From assembly GCA_035289925.1 (NCBI GenBank), contig DATDVR010000005.1, positions 112,916-176,915 on the forward strand: a stretch of DNA of 64,000 nucleotides, written 5' to 3'. The notes beneath the pieces were generated by a model that worked only from the letters and a program-made list of their open reading frames with translations, was not told the origin of the DNA and did not search any database. The position numbers and the translations under genes were made by a program. The first letter of the stretch is position 1; each line of letters starts with the position of its first letter. Of the stretch, positions 46,318 to 56,973 are shown piece after piece. Origin of the DNA: Candidatus Nanoarchaeia archaeon. Lineage in GTDB: Archaea > Nanobdellota > Nanobdellia > SCGC-AAA011-G17 > DATDVL01.

Positions 46318-47145
46318 ATGGAAATTGATGACTTTTTGCAGGAGAAGAAAGCTCACGAGGCTAAAGAGAGATTAGAGGAAGCCAAAAGGAAACTAAGAGA
46401 AGAAAAAGAAAGGCTCAAGGAAGAGCAAAGAAAACTTAAGGAGGGCAATAAGTCAGCAAATAATTCTGAAGATAAACCAGCAAAAGAGCCTGGCGAATAT
46501 GCATTGAAGCCATGGATGCTATGGGATTTAATGATTCTTGCACTAGTTGCAATATTTTTTGTAATAGCTATGCTGTATCCTAAGGGTGCTGCAGGAGTAT
46601 CGAGAGAAGACACTTTGAAGATAATTGACGAAAAGACAGCAAAAATTGATGAACTTACCAAAACAGTTGACACTTTAAAAGAAGACGTAAGAAAATTAGG
46701 AGCAACTCCGATTGATGCAACAAGCGGGCAAGAATTGGACAAAGAGGTAAGAGATGCTTTGATAACAAGCGCAGACACTCCTAAAGGACTATCAGACTTC
46801 ACAATAAAAATTGAAGACAGTGCAGGAAATGAAGCAACTGGCGGCACTATAGAAGCAAACGGCACTGAAATAAAATACAAGGTAATTGTACAGAATCTTG
46901 AAACAAAAGACTTGAAATGCAAGGTAAACAAAATCATTGACAATGGAAGTCCTTCTGAAATAGGCTATTTCCATGTAGACAAAGTGGCAAAGGAAACCTT
47001 GACACAGGATTATACTAAGAAAGGAACTAGCCAGCTGAAATATAGTGCAAAATGCGCGTATGCAAAGCTTGAAGTTGAAAAATGGGTTGAAACTAGCGAC
47101 TATTCAAAAGAGCTTGATGCAACGCTAGAATTAATATTGCATTAA
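46318..47145 (+). CDS. Single-pass membrane protein with coiled coils and a beta-rich C-terminal domain
   Basis: 275-aa ORF with one transmembrane helix. Confidence 0.75.
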   Translation: MEIDDFLQEKKAHEAKERLEEAKRKLREEKERLKEEQRKLKEGNKSANNSEDKPAKEPGEYALKPWMLWDLMILALVAIFFVIAMLYPKGAAGVSREDTLKIIDEKTAKIDELTKTVDTLKEDVRKLGATPIDATSGQELDKEVRDALITSADTPKGLSDFTIKIEDSAGNEATGGTIEANGTEIKYKVIVQNLETKDLKCKVNKIIDNGSPSEIGYFHVDKVAKETLTQDYTKKGTSQLKYSAKCAYAKLEVEKWVETSDYSKELDATLELILH

Positions 47146-47342
47146 CCAGAATCGTCAGAAAACTTTTCTTTGATTTTTTCAGGCAGAGACAATGCTCCGT
47201 CAATTATGGTGTTGCCAGCCTTCTTGCTGACATCTAAAACTGACTTGCCTGTCGTGTCCAAGGCTATCTTAGCCTGATCTGGATAGAAATACAATGCAAA
47301 TAAAAGAAATAATAAAACCAAAATTATTATGGTTTTAATCAT
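47142..47342 (-). CDS. Small membrane-anchored protein
   Basis: Hydrophobic N-terminus; ATGA-coupled to the upstream gene. Confidence 0.7.
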   Translation of the reverse strand: MIKTIIILVLLFLLFALYFYPDQAKIALDTTGKSVLDVSKKAGNTIIDGALSLPEKIKEKFSDDSG

Positions 47343-47485
47343 TTTTTGCCTAATATTCTAAAAACTGTTGTACCGCATTTGCCGCAAACACCTTTCATAG
47401 CCTTCATTCCATTCTTCATAGTAACTTCCTTACCATTCTGAATTTGAACTGATGTTCTGCACTTCATGCATCTTCCTTCAGCCAT
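47339..47485 (-). CDS. Small zinc-ribbon protein (DUF5679-like, 48 aa)
   Basis: Manual translation MAEGRCMKCRTSVQIQNGKEVTMKNGMKAMKGVCGKCGTTVFRILGKK; not in the track. Confidence 0.85.
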   Translation of the reverse strand: MAEGRCMKCRTSVQIQNGKEVTMKNGMKAMKGVCGKCGTTVFRILGKK

Positions 47486-47547
47486 TATTTCACATCCTTT
47501 TGGTTAATCATAGATAAAATTAAGTTAAATACTATAAAGGGGGATAT

Positions 47548-48747
47548 TTAAAGCTTCTGCTTAATCAGGATTTGAGTGTAATTGCCGTTAAAATAAGCCT
47601 TGACAGCCTTCTTGACGTCATTTAAGGTTACTTTCCTTATGTTTTTTATGTATTCCGGGCTTGACTTCCCAACCATAGAGAAGAAGGCATTATTGTCTGC
47701 CTTTTCCTTGTTATCCTCATTTTTTATAAGAAAATTGCCTTCAACATAGTCTTTTGCTTCTTGAAGCTCTTTTTGAGTCAGATTTTTAAGCTTGAACTGG
47801 TCTAAAACTATCTTCTTGCATTCTTCCAAGTTTTTAGCATCAGTATTCAAGTGAATAGCAAAGAAACCAAAGTCCAAGTTGGCTTCATAGACAGCTCCGA
47901 CAGAGTAAGCCAAGCCTCTTTTTATTCTTATTTCATCAAACAACCTTGAAGATTGGCCTCTGCCAAGAATTCCTTCAATGACTTCAAATGTGTAAGCGTC
48001 TTTTTTTGTGAAAGGAGATGCTTTGTATCCTATTAGCAAGTATGAATGCTCAGTTTTCTTATCAACAACAATTTTTTTTACTGATTTCTGCAATGATTCT
48101 TCGACAAACTTGTAAGGTTCTAGCTTAGAGCTTCTAAAAGAAGAGAAATATTTAGAAACCAAAGCTTTTACATTTGGGACTTCGCCAACTACTGAAAGGG
48201 TGGTGTTGTTTGCCAGGTAATGTTTTCTATAATAATTTATTATTTTTTGCCTTGTCAAAGACTGAACTGACTTTATGCTTCCATATACAGGATATTTTGC
48301 CTTGTTTTTCTCGAACAGATTTTGCTGTAATAATATCCACTGCAAATGCCTAGGCTCATCATGAAGCATCTTTATCTCGCTTACAATGACTTCACGCTCT
48401 TTTTCAATTGCCTTTGCATTAAACAATGGATTAATCAGTATATCAGAAATAACCTTGAATGCTTTTTCTACATGATTTTTTGGAACTAAAGTATAATAAA
48501 AAGTTCTTTCATTTGAAGTTGCTGCGTTTATTTCGCCACCAACTTTCTCAATCTCATTTGCCAAGGCTCTTGTCGTAAAATGCTTCGTGCCTTCAAAAAG
48601 TATATGCTCTAGAAAATGCGAAACTCCTTTCTCGTTGCTAGATTCGTTGTTGCTTCCAACTTTTACCAAAGCGTTTAAGCAGACAGAATTGCTCTTCTTC
48701 TTGTCGTATAAAACTGTTAATCCATTCTTAAGCTTGAAGACTTGCAT
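47548..48747 (-). CDS. M16 family zinc peptidase
   Basis: Inverted zinc motif HFLEH, NAATS.E.T, SSRLF.EIR.KRGLAY. Confidence 0.94.
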   Translation of the reverse strand: MQVFKLKNGLTVLYDKKKSNSVCLNALVKVGSNNESSNEKGVSHFLEHILFEGTKHFTTRALANEIEKVGGEINAATSNERTFYYTLVPKNHVEKAFKVISDILINPLFNAKAIEKEREVIVSEIKMLHDEPRHLQWILLQQNLFEKNKAKYPVYGSIKSVQSLTRQKIINYYRKHYLANNTTLSVVGEVPNVKALVSKYFSSFRSSKLEPYKFVEESLQKSVKKIVVDKKTEHSYLLIGYKASPFTKKDAYTFEVIEGILGRGQSSRLFDEIRIKRGLAYSVGAVYEANLDFGFFAIHLNTDAKNLEECKKIVLDQFKLKNLTQKELQEAKDYVEGNFLIKNEDNKEKADNNAFFSMVGKSSPEYIKNIRKVTLNDVKKAVKAYFNGNYTQILIKQKL

Positions 48748-48792
48748 TTTCAGAAAGAGAATAACTATGTATTTAATTCTTTTGATAGGGAA

Positions 48793-50274
48793 CTACCAAG
48801 TTCTTAGAAATCTTGTTAATAATCTTATTCCGAAACCTGTTGCACCCTTGCTTAGTATTCCATCTTCCTTCTCAGCGTAAACGGGACCTGCTATGTCCAA
48901 ATGCGCCCAGCTCGTGCCCTTTTCTACAAATTCCTTCAGGAAAGCTGCGCCTGTCAATGAACCTGCTTTGCCTTCCCAGCCTCCAAGATTTTTAACATCT
49001 GCAAAATCAGACTTGACCATCTCAGAATGCTCTTCGTACAATGGAAGCTGCCAGACTTTTTCTCCTGTTTCTTCTCCGGCCTTGAAAATTTTTCTTATCA
49101 AGCCTTCGTCAGTGCCCATTATTCCTGCGATTGTGTCACCCAAAGCAACAATACATGCCCCTGTCAATGTTGCCAAGTCAATGATAGCTCTAGGCTTGTA
49201 CTTGTTTGCGTAGCTCAAAGCGTCTGCTAAAATAACTCTGCCTTCAGCATCTGTGTGCCAGATTTCTATAGACTTGCCGTTCATTGCTTTCACAATGTCG
49301 CCTGGCTTGTAAGCATTATTTCCAGGCATGTTTTCAGTCAAGGCTGCAATTCCAACAATCTTTATCGGCAATTTCAACAATGCTGCAATCCTAATCAAAC
49401 CTATGACAGCTGCAGCGCCTGCCATGTCTTCCTTCATGTCCTTCATTCCGTTTGCAGGCTTTATCCCTAGACCGCCAGAATCAAAAGTAATACCTTTGCC
49501 GACAAGAATAATTGTATCTTTAGCTGATCTTGGAGAATGTTCCATCACCAAAAATGCTGGCTCGTTGACTGAACCAGCATTCACTGCTAATAAAGCGTTC
49601 ATGCCCATCTCTTTTATCTCTTTCTTGTAAAAAATCTTGCAGTTGACATTTATTTTTTTGCAGATATCTCTAGCTTTTGAGGCAATGTAAGTTGGAATCT
49701 TTATTGAAGCTGGGGTGTTTACCAAATCTCTTGCAATCACGACAGATTCTGAAATTATTTTTCCATTTTCTAGACCTTTATTGAAGCTGTTGATGTTTTT
49801 TCCGTAGTAAAGCAAAGTTACTGACTGAATTTCATGATTTTTGTCTTTTTCATTTGTCTTGTATTCATTGAATTTGTAGTTGCTTAGGTGTAAGATTTCT
49901 GATAATAGTTCGCCAAGCTCTTCATCCTTAAAGGATAAATTGTCTAAAGCCAAAGAAAATGACTTTAATTTCAAAGATTTGGCATATCTTACGGCATTTC
50001 CCAATGCTTTCCTAAATTTCTCATTATTAAATTCTGATTCTTTTCCTAATCCTACTAAAATGACTTTCTTTATCTTGTCTGTGAAGAAAAAATGGTAGCA
50101 TTTTGAAAGCTCTGCCTTGAATTCTTCTGACTTTATTATCTTATTAACGAGATTTTCAGACTTGTCATTTGCATGAGAGAAACATTTCCCAGAGTTGCTG
50201 TCTGAAAAAACAGGCAAAATTAAAGCTTCATCCTTAATGTCTTCAATTCTTAATGACTTTACTGACACTTCCAT
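48793..50274 (-). CDS. pepA: Leucyl aminopeptidase (M17)
   Basis: VGKGITFDSGG, MKEDMAG, TDAEGR..LAD, DLATLTGA, WAHLDIAG. Confidence 0.96.
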   Translation of the reverse strand: MEVSVKSLRIEDIKDEALILPVFSDSNSGKCFSHANDKSENLVNKIIKSEEFKAELSKCYHFFFTDKIKKVILVGLGKESEFNNEKFRKALGNAVRYAKSLKLKSFSLALDNLSFKDEELGELLSEILHLSNYKFNEYKTNEKDKNHEIQSVTLLYYGKNINSFNKGLENGKIISESVVIARDLVNTPASIKIPTYIASKARDICKKINVNCKIFYKKEIKEMGMNALLAVNAGSVNEPAFLVMEHSPRSAKDTIILVGKGITFDSGGLGIKPANGMKDMKEDMAGAAAVIGLIRIAALLKLPIKIVGIAALTENMPGNNAYKPGDIVKAMNGKSIEIWHTDAEGRVILADALSYANKYKPRAIIDLATLTGACIVALGDTIAGIMGTDEGLIRKIFKAGEETGEKVWQLPLYEEHSEMVKSDFADVKNLGGWEGKAGSLTGAAFLKEFVEKGTSWAHLDIAGPVYAEKEDGILSKGATGFGIRLLTRFLRTW

Positions 50275-50426
50275 ATAAATGCTAGAAACTGGATTCTATA
50301 TAAAAGTTGTGTTGCCATTTAACAGGAAAAATGCATAAAATGCTATAGGAAAGGCTGGAAAGCTGTTTTACTGCATTTTCAGACTTTTCAGATAATTATA
50401 TAAGGTAAAATCAAGCCTGTTTTAAT

Positions 50427-50539
50427 GGGCCTGTAATTTAACCAGGATCAGAATGCGAGGCTTCGGTTTGGCCTTTGGCTAGATTTAATGCCTATCTTGG
50501 AGAAACCTTGATATCCAGGTTCAAATCCTGGCAGGCTCA
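50427..50539 (+). tRNA. tRNA-Arg(TCG) with a 38-nt intron at 37/38 (50467-50504)
   Basis: Acceptor GGGCCTG/CAGGCTC, CGAGG-CT-TCG-G^intron^A-CCTTG; CTTC pairs with intron GGAG; GGTTCAAAT; Arg-type GGA in the D-loop. Confidence 0.85.
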
Positions 50540-50592
50540 TTCTAATAAAATTTACAATAAAGTATATAAACAAATAAGCTAATTTTTTTAGC

Positions 50593-52023
50593 ATGCCAAA
50601 AGAGGAGCAGAAAGGTATCACAGTAAAGAAAGAAGCAGACATGGCAGATTGGTATAGCCAAGTTGTGATTAAAGCTGAGCTTGCGGATTATTCCAGCATA
50701 AGAGGATGTCTAGTAATACGGCCTTATGGCTATGCAATCTGGGAAAAAATAATGGAATATTTCAATGAGAGACTTAAGAAATTAGGTGTCAAAAATGCTT
50801 ATTTTCCTTTGTTCATTCCAGAATCATTTTTTGAAAAAGAAAAAACACATGCAAAAGGATTTTTTCCTGAAGTTGCGTGGGTTGAGAGGAAAGACAAGAA
50901 TGAAGAAAGACTGGCAATAAGACCGACTTCTGAAACTATAATGTATGATTCCTACTCAAGATGGATAAGAAGCTGGAGAGATTTGCCTTTAAAGATAAAC
51001 CAGTGGTGCAACATTGTGAGATTTGAAGTAAAAGATGTGAAGCCTTTCTTAAGAAGCAGGGAATTTTTATGGCAGGAAGGGCATAACGTATTTGAAGACG
51101 AGAAAGGAGCGAGCAAAGATGCGTTGACAATGATAAGTGAATACAAAAAACTAGCTGAAGAATTACTAGCAGTTCCTGTTCTAACTGGAAAGAAGACAGA
51201 GCATGAAAAGTTTCCAGGAGCTTACTTCACAACAACAATAGAAGGATTTATGCCTGATGGAAAGGCATTACAGATGGGAACAAGCCATAATCTAGGTCAA
51301 GGATTTTCAAAAGCATTCAACATAGAATTTTTAGGCAAAGATGGGAATAAGCACAGGCCATGGCAGACTTCATGGGGATTTTCAACTAGATTGATTGGAG
51401 CTTTGGTGATGATGCATGGAGATGACAAAGGATTAATATTGCCTCCTAAAGTAGCGCCAATACAAATTGTTATCGTGCCAATATTGCCAAAAGAAGGAAA
51501 GGAAAAAGTCTTGGAGAAAGCTGAAGAACTAAAGAAAAAACTAAGCAGCAAATACAAAGTTCACATGGATTCAAGAGAAGAATACAGCCCAGGATGGAAG
51601 TTCAACGAATGGGAGATGAAAGGAGTTCCTTTAAGAATTGAAATAGGGCCAAAAGACATTGCAAATAAAAGCGTTGTAATAGCGAGAAGAGACAATGGAA
51701 ACAAGAAAAATATTAAAGTCAAAGACATTGAAACTAAAGTTGGAAAAGACTTAGAGGACATTCAAAAATCGCTTTATAAAAAGGCTGACAAATTTATGAA
51801 GAGTAATGTTACTGATGCAAAGAACTGGGATGATTTTCAGAAAGCAATCGATAAAAAAATGATGGTTAAATCTTTATTTTGCGGCAAAGTAAATTGCGAG
51901 GATAAGATAAAAGAAAAAACCAATGGCGTGACAGCAAGGGTCATTGAAAGTGAGGCAAAAGGAAAATGCGTTCACTGTAATGATGATGCTAATCTAAAAG
52001 TTTATTTTGCCAAATCATATTAA
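50593..52023 (+). CDS. proS: Prolyl-tRNA synthetase (archaeal/eukaryotic type)
   Basis: IRPTSET, PFLRSREFLWQEGH, QMGTSH.LGQ.F, WGFSTR, C-terminal FAKSY. Confidence 0.97.
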   Translation: MPKEEQKGITVKKEADMADWYSQVVIKAELADYSSIRGCLVIRPYGYAIWEKIMEYFNERLKKLGVKNAYFPLFIPESFFEKEKTHAKGFFPEVAWVERKDKNEERLAIRPTSETIMYDSYSRWIRSWRDLPLKINQWCNIVRFEVKDVKPFLRSREFLWQEGHNVFEDEKGASKDALTMISEYKKLAEELLAVPVLTGKKTEHEKFPGAYFTTTIEGFMPDGKALQMGTSHNLGQGFSKAFNIEFLGKDGNKHRPWQTSWGFSTRLIGALVMMHGDDKGLILPPKVAPIQIVIVPILPKEGKEKVLEKAEELKKKLSSKYKVHMDSREEYSPGWKFNEWEMKGVPLRIEIGPKDIANKSVVIARRDNGNKKNIKVKDIETKVGKDLEDIQKSLYKKADKFMKSNVTDAKNWDDFQKAIDKKMMVKSLFCGKVNCEDKIKEKTNGVTARVIESEAKGKCVHCNDDANLKVYFAKSY

Positions 52024-53970
52024 CCCTAAAGAAGCTAGAATATTAATATACCACGGGACATTGTTGACTTTAATAAAAATCTTGTCTTCATGTTCATATT
52101 TTTTGCCTTCTTCGTCTTTGTAAGTTATTTTAACTGGGATTCCTCTTAATATTTTGTGTGAAGGAATTTTGAGCATAACCTCTCCTTTAGAAGTCAGCTG
52201 GTCAAAATATAAATGGCCAACCCCAAAGTCCAAATCAACATCATATATTTCAGTATTTGTATTTATTATGAAGCTTACTTTTTGCAACCTATTGTATTCA
52301 ACAGCTTCAGGATTTACGTCTGAAAAAAATATATTTGGTATCATCAAAACCTTAATAGGCAGGTACTTGTATTCTATTGAATCCTTTGTCTCTGCTGAAA
52401 TCAATAATCTTCCCGACTCATGCGCATCTATTTTAATAGTTATGTCCTTCACTTCATCTTTATTCAAAGAATAAGAACTGCAATGATCGCTTACGCAAAA
52501 ATTAATGTCATAAATATCCTGGCTGGCTTTCAATTTGCAATTAACATCAGCAGTTTCATTTTCATAATAAAAGGGCTTGTTAAGTTCACAATCAAAATTC
52601 AAGCATGATGCTTGACCATCGCCAGTGCAAATAAAATTATTTTTATCTTCCTTGCTCAATAAATTACTAATTTGTGCTTCTGCATCGCTTTTAGCAATAA
52701 ATTTTGAAGCAGCATCATAAGTTATTTTAGAGAAAGCCTTGTTTCCATAGACATCAGAGATTTCAATGTCTGAAGTGTAGCTATAATCAGCTCTTAAGCC
52801 ATCCTGAATCTTCAAAGTCCAGTAAATAATCTTGGTTTCTTTAGGCTTCAGAAGAATTTCACGAACATTTTTTTCAACCAAGCCAGGCGCTTTGGTCACT
52901 GCAACCTGCGTTGAAACATATAAATCCTTTTTGTTTGTCACTACAACTGCTAAAGGAACGTAGCTGCCAAACTTAACTTTATCTTCCAACGTATAAGTGC
53001 TAATTTCAACTGGGCTTGCGATTGGAATGCCAACCTCTTCAACCTTAGTTTCTATGTTTATTTTGCTTATGTCAATTTTAATTCCTTCTGCAGACCAAGA
53101 ATAGAAAACTGCAGGGGTTCCTGAATCAACATCGTCCTTCAGCCTTACATGATCTGGAGAAAGCCAACCGTATTGACCAAGAGTAACGTCGAAAGGCACC
53201 CAACCATAATCTGGGAAATAGACTTCTGCCCAGCCGTGGTTTGAAAATTTGTAATCAATATTTGAATATATCACTCCAGAAACGAATCTTGCTGGAATTC
53301 CTAAGCTTCTTATAAATGAAATGAATAAATTTGTTATTTCATCGCAAACACCATATCTATTCTTAAGAACCCAAGAGCTTTTCTGGTCGACTTCTGCTGT
53401 CAAGGTGTTCAAGCTGTATTCAATATTATTTTTTGTCCAGTCAGCAATCTTGAAAACAATCTCATACAAATCCTCATCAAGACTAATAGGCCCAATTATC
53501 TCTCTTGCTTTAGCTTCTATTTCTCCATTTATGTCTATGAATTCAGTGGCTTTTGTATACTCAAAAAATTCACCAGGTATCTTCCTAACTGGAAAAATGG
53601 ACTTGCTCTTTATTTCAAAGAAATTATTCGAAACTCTAACTTTTGAGGTCAATGAATAACGAAGTTCTTTACTAGTAGGCTCTGTCCATGTAAAAGCTAT
53701 AGAATCGGTGTCTTTTTTTGCAATTGCTTCTGGAACTGAGTCAAAAGTTGTCTTCATTACTGTCTGCCTGAAAGTGTTAATTGGGAAATAATTCAAATCT
53801 GCCTTGATAAAACTTATCTCGCTTGAAGATGAAGTAGGAGAAGCATATATTTCAGCACTTATCTTAACTTCAATATCGAGGAAACTTGCTGAATTGTAAT
53901 TTTCTACAGCTGCATTAACAGGAAATGCTAAAAGCAATGCTAAAAGTAAAACATATTTTATTGATATCAC
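52015..53970 (-). CDS. Secreted transglutaminase-like domain protein
   Basis: Signal peptide; GVCDE, HGWAEVY and PFDVT triad motifs. Confidence 0.88.
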   Translation of the reverse strand: MISIKYVLLLALLLAFPVNAAVENYNSASFLDIEVKISAEIYASPTSSSSEISFIKADLNYFPINTFRQTVMKTTFDSVPEAIAKKDTDSIAFTWTEPTSKELRYSLTSKVRVSNNFFEIKSKSIFPVRKIPGEFFEYTKATEFIDINGEIEAKAREIIGPISLDEDLYEIVFKIADWTKNNIEYSLNTLTAEVDQKSSWVLKNRYGVCDEITNLFISFIRSLGIPARFVSGVIYSNIDYKFSNHGWAEVYFPDYGWVPFDVTLGQYGWLSPDHVRLKDDVDSGTPAVFYSWSAEGIKIDISKINIETKVEEVGIPIASPVEISTYTLEDKVKFGSYVPLAVVVTNKKDLYVSTQVAVTKAPGLVEKNVREILLKPKETKIIYWTLKIQDGLRADYSYTSDIEISDVYGNKAFSKITYDAASKFIAKSDAEAQISNLLSKEDKNNFICTGDGQASCLNFDCELNKPFYYENETADVNCKLKASQDIYDINFCVSDHCSSYSLNKDEVKDITIKIDAHESGRLLISAETKDSIEYKYLPIKVLMIPNIFFSDVNPEAVEYNRLQKVSFIINTNTEIYDVDLDFGVGHLYFDQLTSKGEVMLKIPSHKILRGIPVKITYKDEEGKKYEHEDKIFIKVNNVPWYINILASLGLI

Positions 53971-54025
53971 CTCTACAATTAAGGAATAAAGAAAATTTAT
54001 ATACTTATCTTTTTTAGATTAAATC

Positions 54026-54652
54026 ATGTATATATTAGCAGAAAAAGAAGCAGAAGAATTTCTTGAAAGGCATGGGTTTCCTGTAAGCAAAAGGCTAGTA
54101 ACAAGAGATGTAAAAGAGACTTTGAAATACTGCCATAAAATTGGATTTCCTGTTGCGCTCAAGATTGTAAGCCCTAGCATAATACATAAGTCAGATGTTG
54201 GCGGAGTTTTCCTTGACTTGAGGAACGATAAAGAGGTTGTTGACGCTTTTAATAATATAAAAAAGATAAAAGGCTATGAAGCTGTGATGGTGGAGAAATA
54301 CACCAGTGGAAAATTCTTGCTTTTAGGACTGAAGAAAGATGCTGCATTCGGGCATGCAATCGCAGTTGGCTGGGGTGGTATTTATACAGAAGTTTTGAAG
54401 GACATAAGCTTCAGAATCTGCCCAATCGATAATAAGGAAGCTGAAAAAATGCTGGAAGAGCTTAAATTTTTCAAAGTATTAAAAGGAGTAAGAGGAGAAA
54501 AACCTGTCAATTTCAGAAATATCATTGATGTTATTGTAAAACTATCTAAACTGCCACTAAAATACAAGGCCATAACAGAGCTTGATATAAATCCAATGAT
54601 TGCAGACGAAAAAAACGTAAGGATTGTCGATGCACGGATTGTCTTTAACTAG
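54026..54652 (+). CDS. ADP-forming acyl-CoA synthetase beta subunit (ATP-grasp)
   Basis: IGFPVALKIVSP.I.HKSDVGGV, GGIYTEVLKD, ELDINP, VDARI. Confidence 0.9.
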   Translation: MYILAEKEAEEFLERHGFPVSKRLVTRDVKETLKYCHKIGFPVALKIVSPSIIHKSDVGGVFLDLRNDKEVVDAFNNIKKIKGYEAVMVEKYTSGKFLLLGLKKDAAFGHAIAVGWGGIYTEVLKDISFRICPIDNKEAEKMLEELKFFKVLKGVRGEKPVNFRNIIDVIVKLSKLPLKYKAITELDINPMIADEKNVRIVDARIVFN

Positions 54653-55563
54653 ACGTAAATTGCCATCTTATGAGCAAAATGGCTTGAATTCTTGATCAAC
54701 TCTTCTCTGTTGGCTGCCTTTTTTATATTATAAGGAGCCATTATGGTTTTTGTGTCAAAAGCAATTGTTTTATCATGAATGTTATTATAAAAATTCAAAT
54801 TAGTCCTTCTCAAATTTTCTTTTATATTTTCAGGAACATAAAAAGTTTCACTGAGCAAAAAACTGTAAAGACCCAATGACAAAAAGAAATGATCAGAATC
54901 CTGACTAAATATTGAAACTGGAGTCAAGCCAGAAATCAATGAAGTGAATGCAGCTGCAACAGTCTCTTCATCAGCCCTTGATTTTGCCCTTACACTTTTA
55001 TCCTTTCTTCCATGATGTTCTTTAAATTTTTCCTTCCTAAACTTTAAATTATCGTCAAGGTAAGTGATAAATGAAAATAGAGTATCTGTAAGATTCTTAT
55101 TCTGCGAGTGATAAATATTTTTTGCTATAAAATTTGAATAAAAGTTTTTATGCTCTTCTACAAAATCTTTCAATGCTTCAATATTATCATCATTATCTTG
55201 AATTTTTTCTTCACTATATTTTGACCATTTCCTTCCTTCAACACCTTTTGTAGAAAGCAGCTTTAGCCTTTCGTCCAAAAGTTTGCATCTTTCTTCAAAT
55301 TCTTCAACAACTTTTGGCACTACCCTTAATTTTACTTCTTCATCCTGCATAACAATATTTTCGAGAGATTTTAAAAAAGAAATTTCCCTTTTCACCCATT
55401 CAGTATCCAATTGGCTAATTGACCTAATTGCGATTATATGCCTAACTAAACAGAGTCCTTCTTCATTTTGAAGATTAAAAGCACTTGAATCAAGAAAAGA
55501 AACATGACTCTTCTCTAAAAGCTCTGTTGCCTTACCGTTAATTTCTCCCAATAAATATTTCAT
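54649..55563 (-). CDS. Hypothetical protein with PIN-like acidic motifs
   Basis: FLDSSA, SRADEETVAAA and IFSQDSD resemble PIN catalytic motifs, separated by a long helical insert. Confidence 0.55.
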   Translation of the reverse strand: MKYLLGEINGKATELLEKSHVSFLDSSAFNLQNEEGLCLVRHIIAIRSISQLDTEWVKREISFLKSLENIVMQDEEVKLRVVPKVVEEFEERCKLLDERLKLLSTKGVEGRKWSKYSEEKIQDNDDNIEALKDFVEEHKNFYSNFIAKNIYHSQNKNLTDTLFSFITYLDDNLKFRKEKFKEHHGRKDKSVRAKSRADEETVAAAFTSLISGLTPVSIFSQDSDHFFLSLGLYSFLLSETFYVPENIKENLRRTNLNFYNNIHDKTIAFDTKTIMAPYNIKKAANREELIKNSSHFAHKMAIYV

Positions 55564-55615
55564 TTTTACTACAAAACTATCCTTTTCTTAAGTTTTTAAA
55601 ACTTTCTAAAAAAAA

Positions 55616-56647
55616 TTAATTTACTGCTTTTTTGAATAATTCAATGAATTTATCAAAGTCTTCTTTTTTTACTGAGGCACCGCATGCATAATCATGACCA
55701 CCGCCATGCCCTGGGATTTCCTTCAGAGCCTTAGCAAGAATAGGAGCTACTTTTACGCCTTTGCCACGAATGCTCATCCTGACATCGCCATTAGCTTCTC
55801 TTGCAATTATGAAGACTTTGGCATTTATTCTGTAAGCTAGCTCAGTGCTTAACTGGCCTGTAAAGCTTGTGTCGAAAGTTTCGTAATTAAACATATAAAT
55901 ATTTTTATCTGGCTTAACTGACAAGGCTTTATGCAATAAAACTTCATAGCCTTTGTTTATTTTAACAAACCTATTCCAAAGAAATTTGCCTTCTTTAGAT
56001 TCCTGCCTCAAAATTTCGTAAGGATTTTTCAATTTTCTTAATATTGAAATGCATTTTCTTACTTCTGAAGTCTTTCCTTTCAGGCATGAAGCAAAAACCT
56101 TAATTAAAGTTCCAATAGGTTTTGTGAACAAAGCTTCTGGTGGTTCTTTGGCATTGTCAATCAATTCTGGATATTCATAATCCTTCATGAAATCCTTGTC
56201 TGGAATGAAAAAATCAGCCACAATTCCTGTTGCAGCAAGCCATGAATCTTCCTTGTTGTTTGCTATCTGATAAGACCAATAGCTTGTGCATCTTGTGTCA
56301 TTTTCATCGTAAATTCTAGGGTTGACATACTTGATTCCCTTTACATCTAAAACAGGATGATGGTCTACTATTATAAAAGGAACCTTGACTTGATCTATCA
56401 AAGTCTGATTGATAGTTGGCTTGTCCAAAGTCAGGACCAAATCAGCATGATATTCATCAATTTTTCTCAAGTAAAACTCGTCAGAATGCTCGTTTCTTGG
56501 AACCATAATCCCATGGCCTTTTTTGTATTTCCTAAACAAAAGCAGAAAGCTAGTCAAGCCATCAGGGTCATCATCAAAGAAAAACAATGGATTTTCTGAC
56601 TTTTCTAGCTTGTCTCTAACCTCTTGAATAAGCTTATCGGGTATCAT
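55616..56647 (-). CDS. DHH/DHHA1 family phosphoesterase
   Basis: DDDPDG, VDHH, SIRG, GGGH..A.G. Confidence 0.92.
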   Translation of the reverse strand: MIPDKLIQEVRDKLEKSENPLFFFDDDPDGLTSFLLLFRKYKKGHGIMVPRNEHSDEFYLRKIDEYHADLVLTLDKPTINQTLIDQVKVPFIIVDHHPVLDVKGIKYVNPRIYDENDTRCTSYWSYQIANNKEDSWLAATGIVADFFIPDKDFMKDYEYPELIDNAKEPPEALFTKPIGTLIKVFASCLKGKTSEVRKCISILRKLKNPYEILRQESKEGKFLWNRFVKINKGYEVLLHKALSVKPDKNIYMFNYETFDTSFTGQLSTELAYRINAKVFIIAREANGDVRMSIRGKGVKVAPILAKALKEIPGHGGGHDYACGASVKKEDFDKFIELFKKAVN

Positions 56648-56698
56648 TTAGCTACTAATTTAAGAAGATTTTATAAACTTAATGAATTTCTAAATTTT

Positions 56699-56968
56699 AT
56701 GGTCTATAATATTCCTTTATGGCAGGAAATAAGCATTTACATCTATGTTTTATTTGCCATAGCCTGCTTTGCATTGCTAAGCAAAATAAAGATATTTGGT
56801 ATGAATCTAATAAACTTGAAGTATAGAATATTAATCTCAATATTCTCTCCGTTGATACTGGTTTTATTAATTGCTTTACTTCCTTTAATAATAATTGCGG
56901 CAATATTTGGATTGACATTCTTGAAAAAGGCTAATAAAGCTTTTAAAATAGAGATAAAAAGATTTTAA
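56699..56968 (+). CDS. Small membrane protein
   Basis: Start revised to MVYNI; two hydrophobic segments. Confidence 0.6.
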   Translation: MVYNIPLWQEISIYIYVLFAIACFALLSKIKIFGMNLINLKYRILISIFSPLILVLLIALLPLIIIAAIFGLTFLKKANKAFKIEIKRF

Positions 56969-56973
56969 AAAAA

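Noticed and set aside
46353..46943. 196-aa antisense ORF and the many similar 60-160 aa antisense ORFs
   Set aside because: Ser/Phe/Leu-rich mirror translations lying wholly within well-supported genes.
50427..50539. Calling this tRNA-Pro because it precedes proS and contains CGG
   Set aside because: The stem register CGAGG/CCTTG places TCG at positions 34-36, and the intron helix and D-loop fit Arg.
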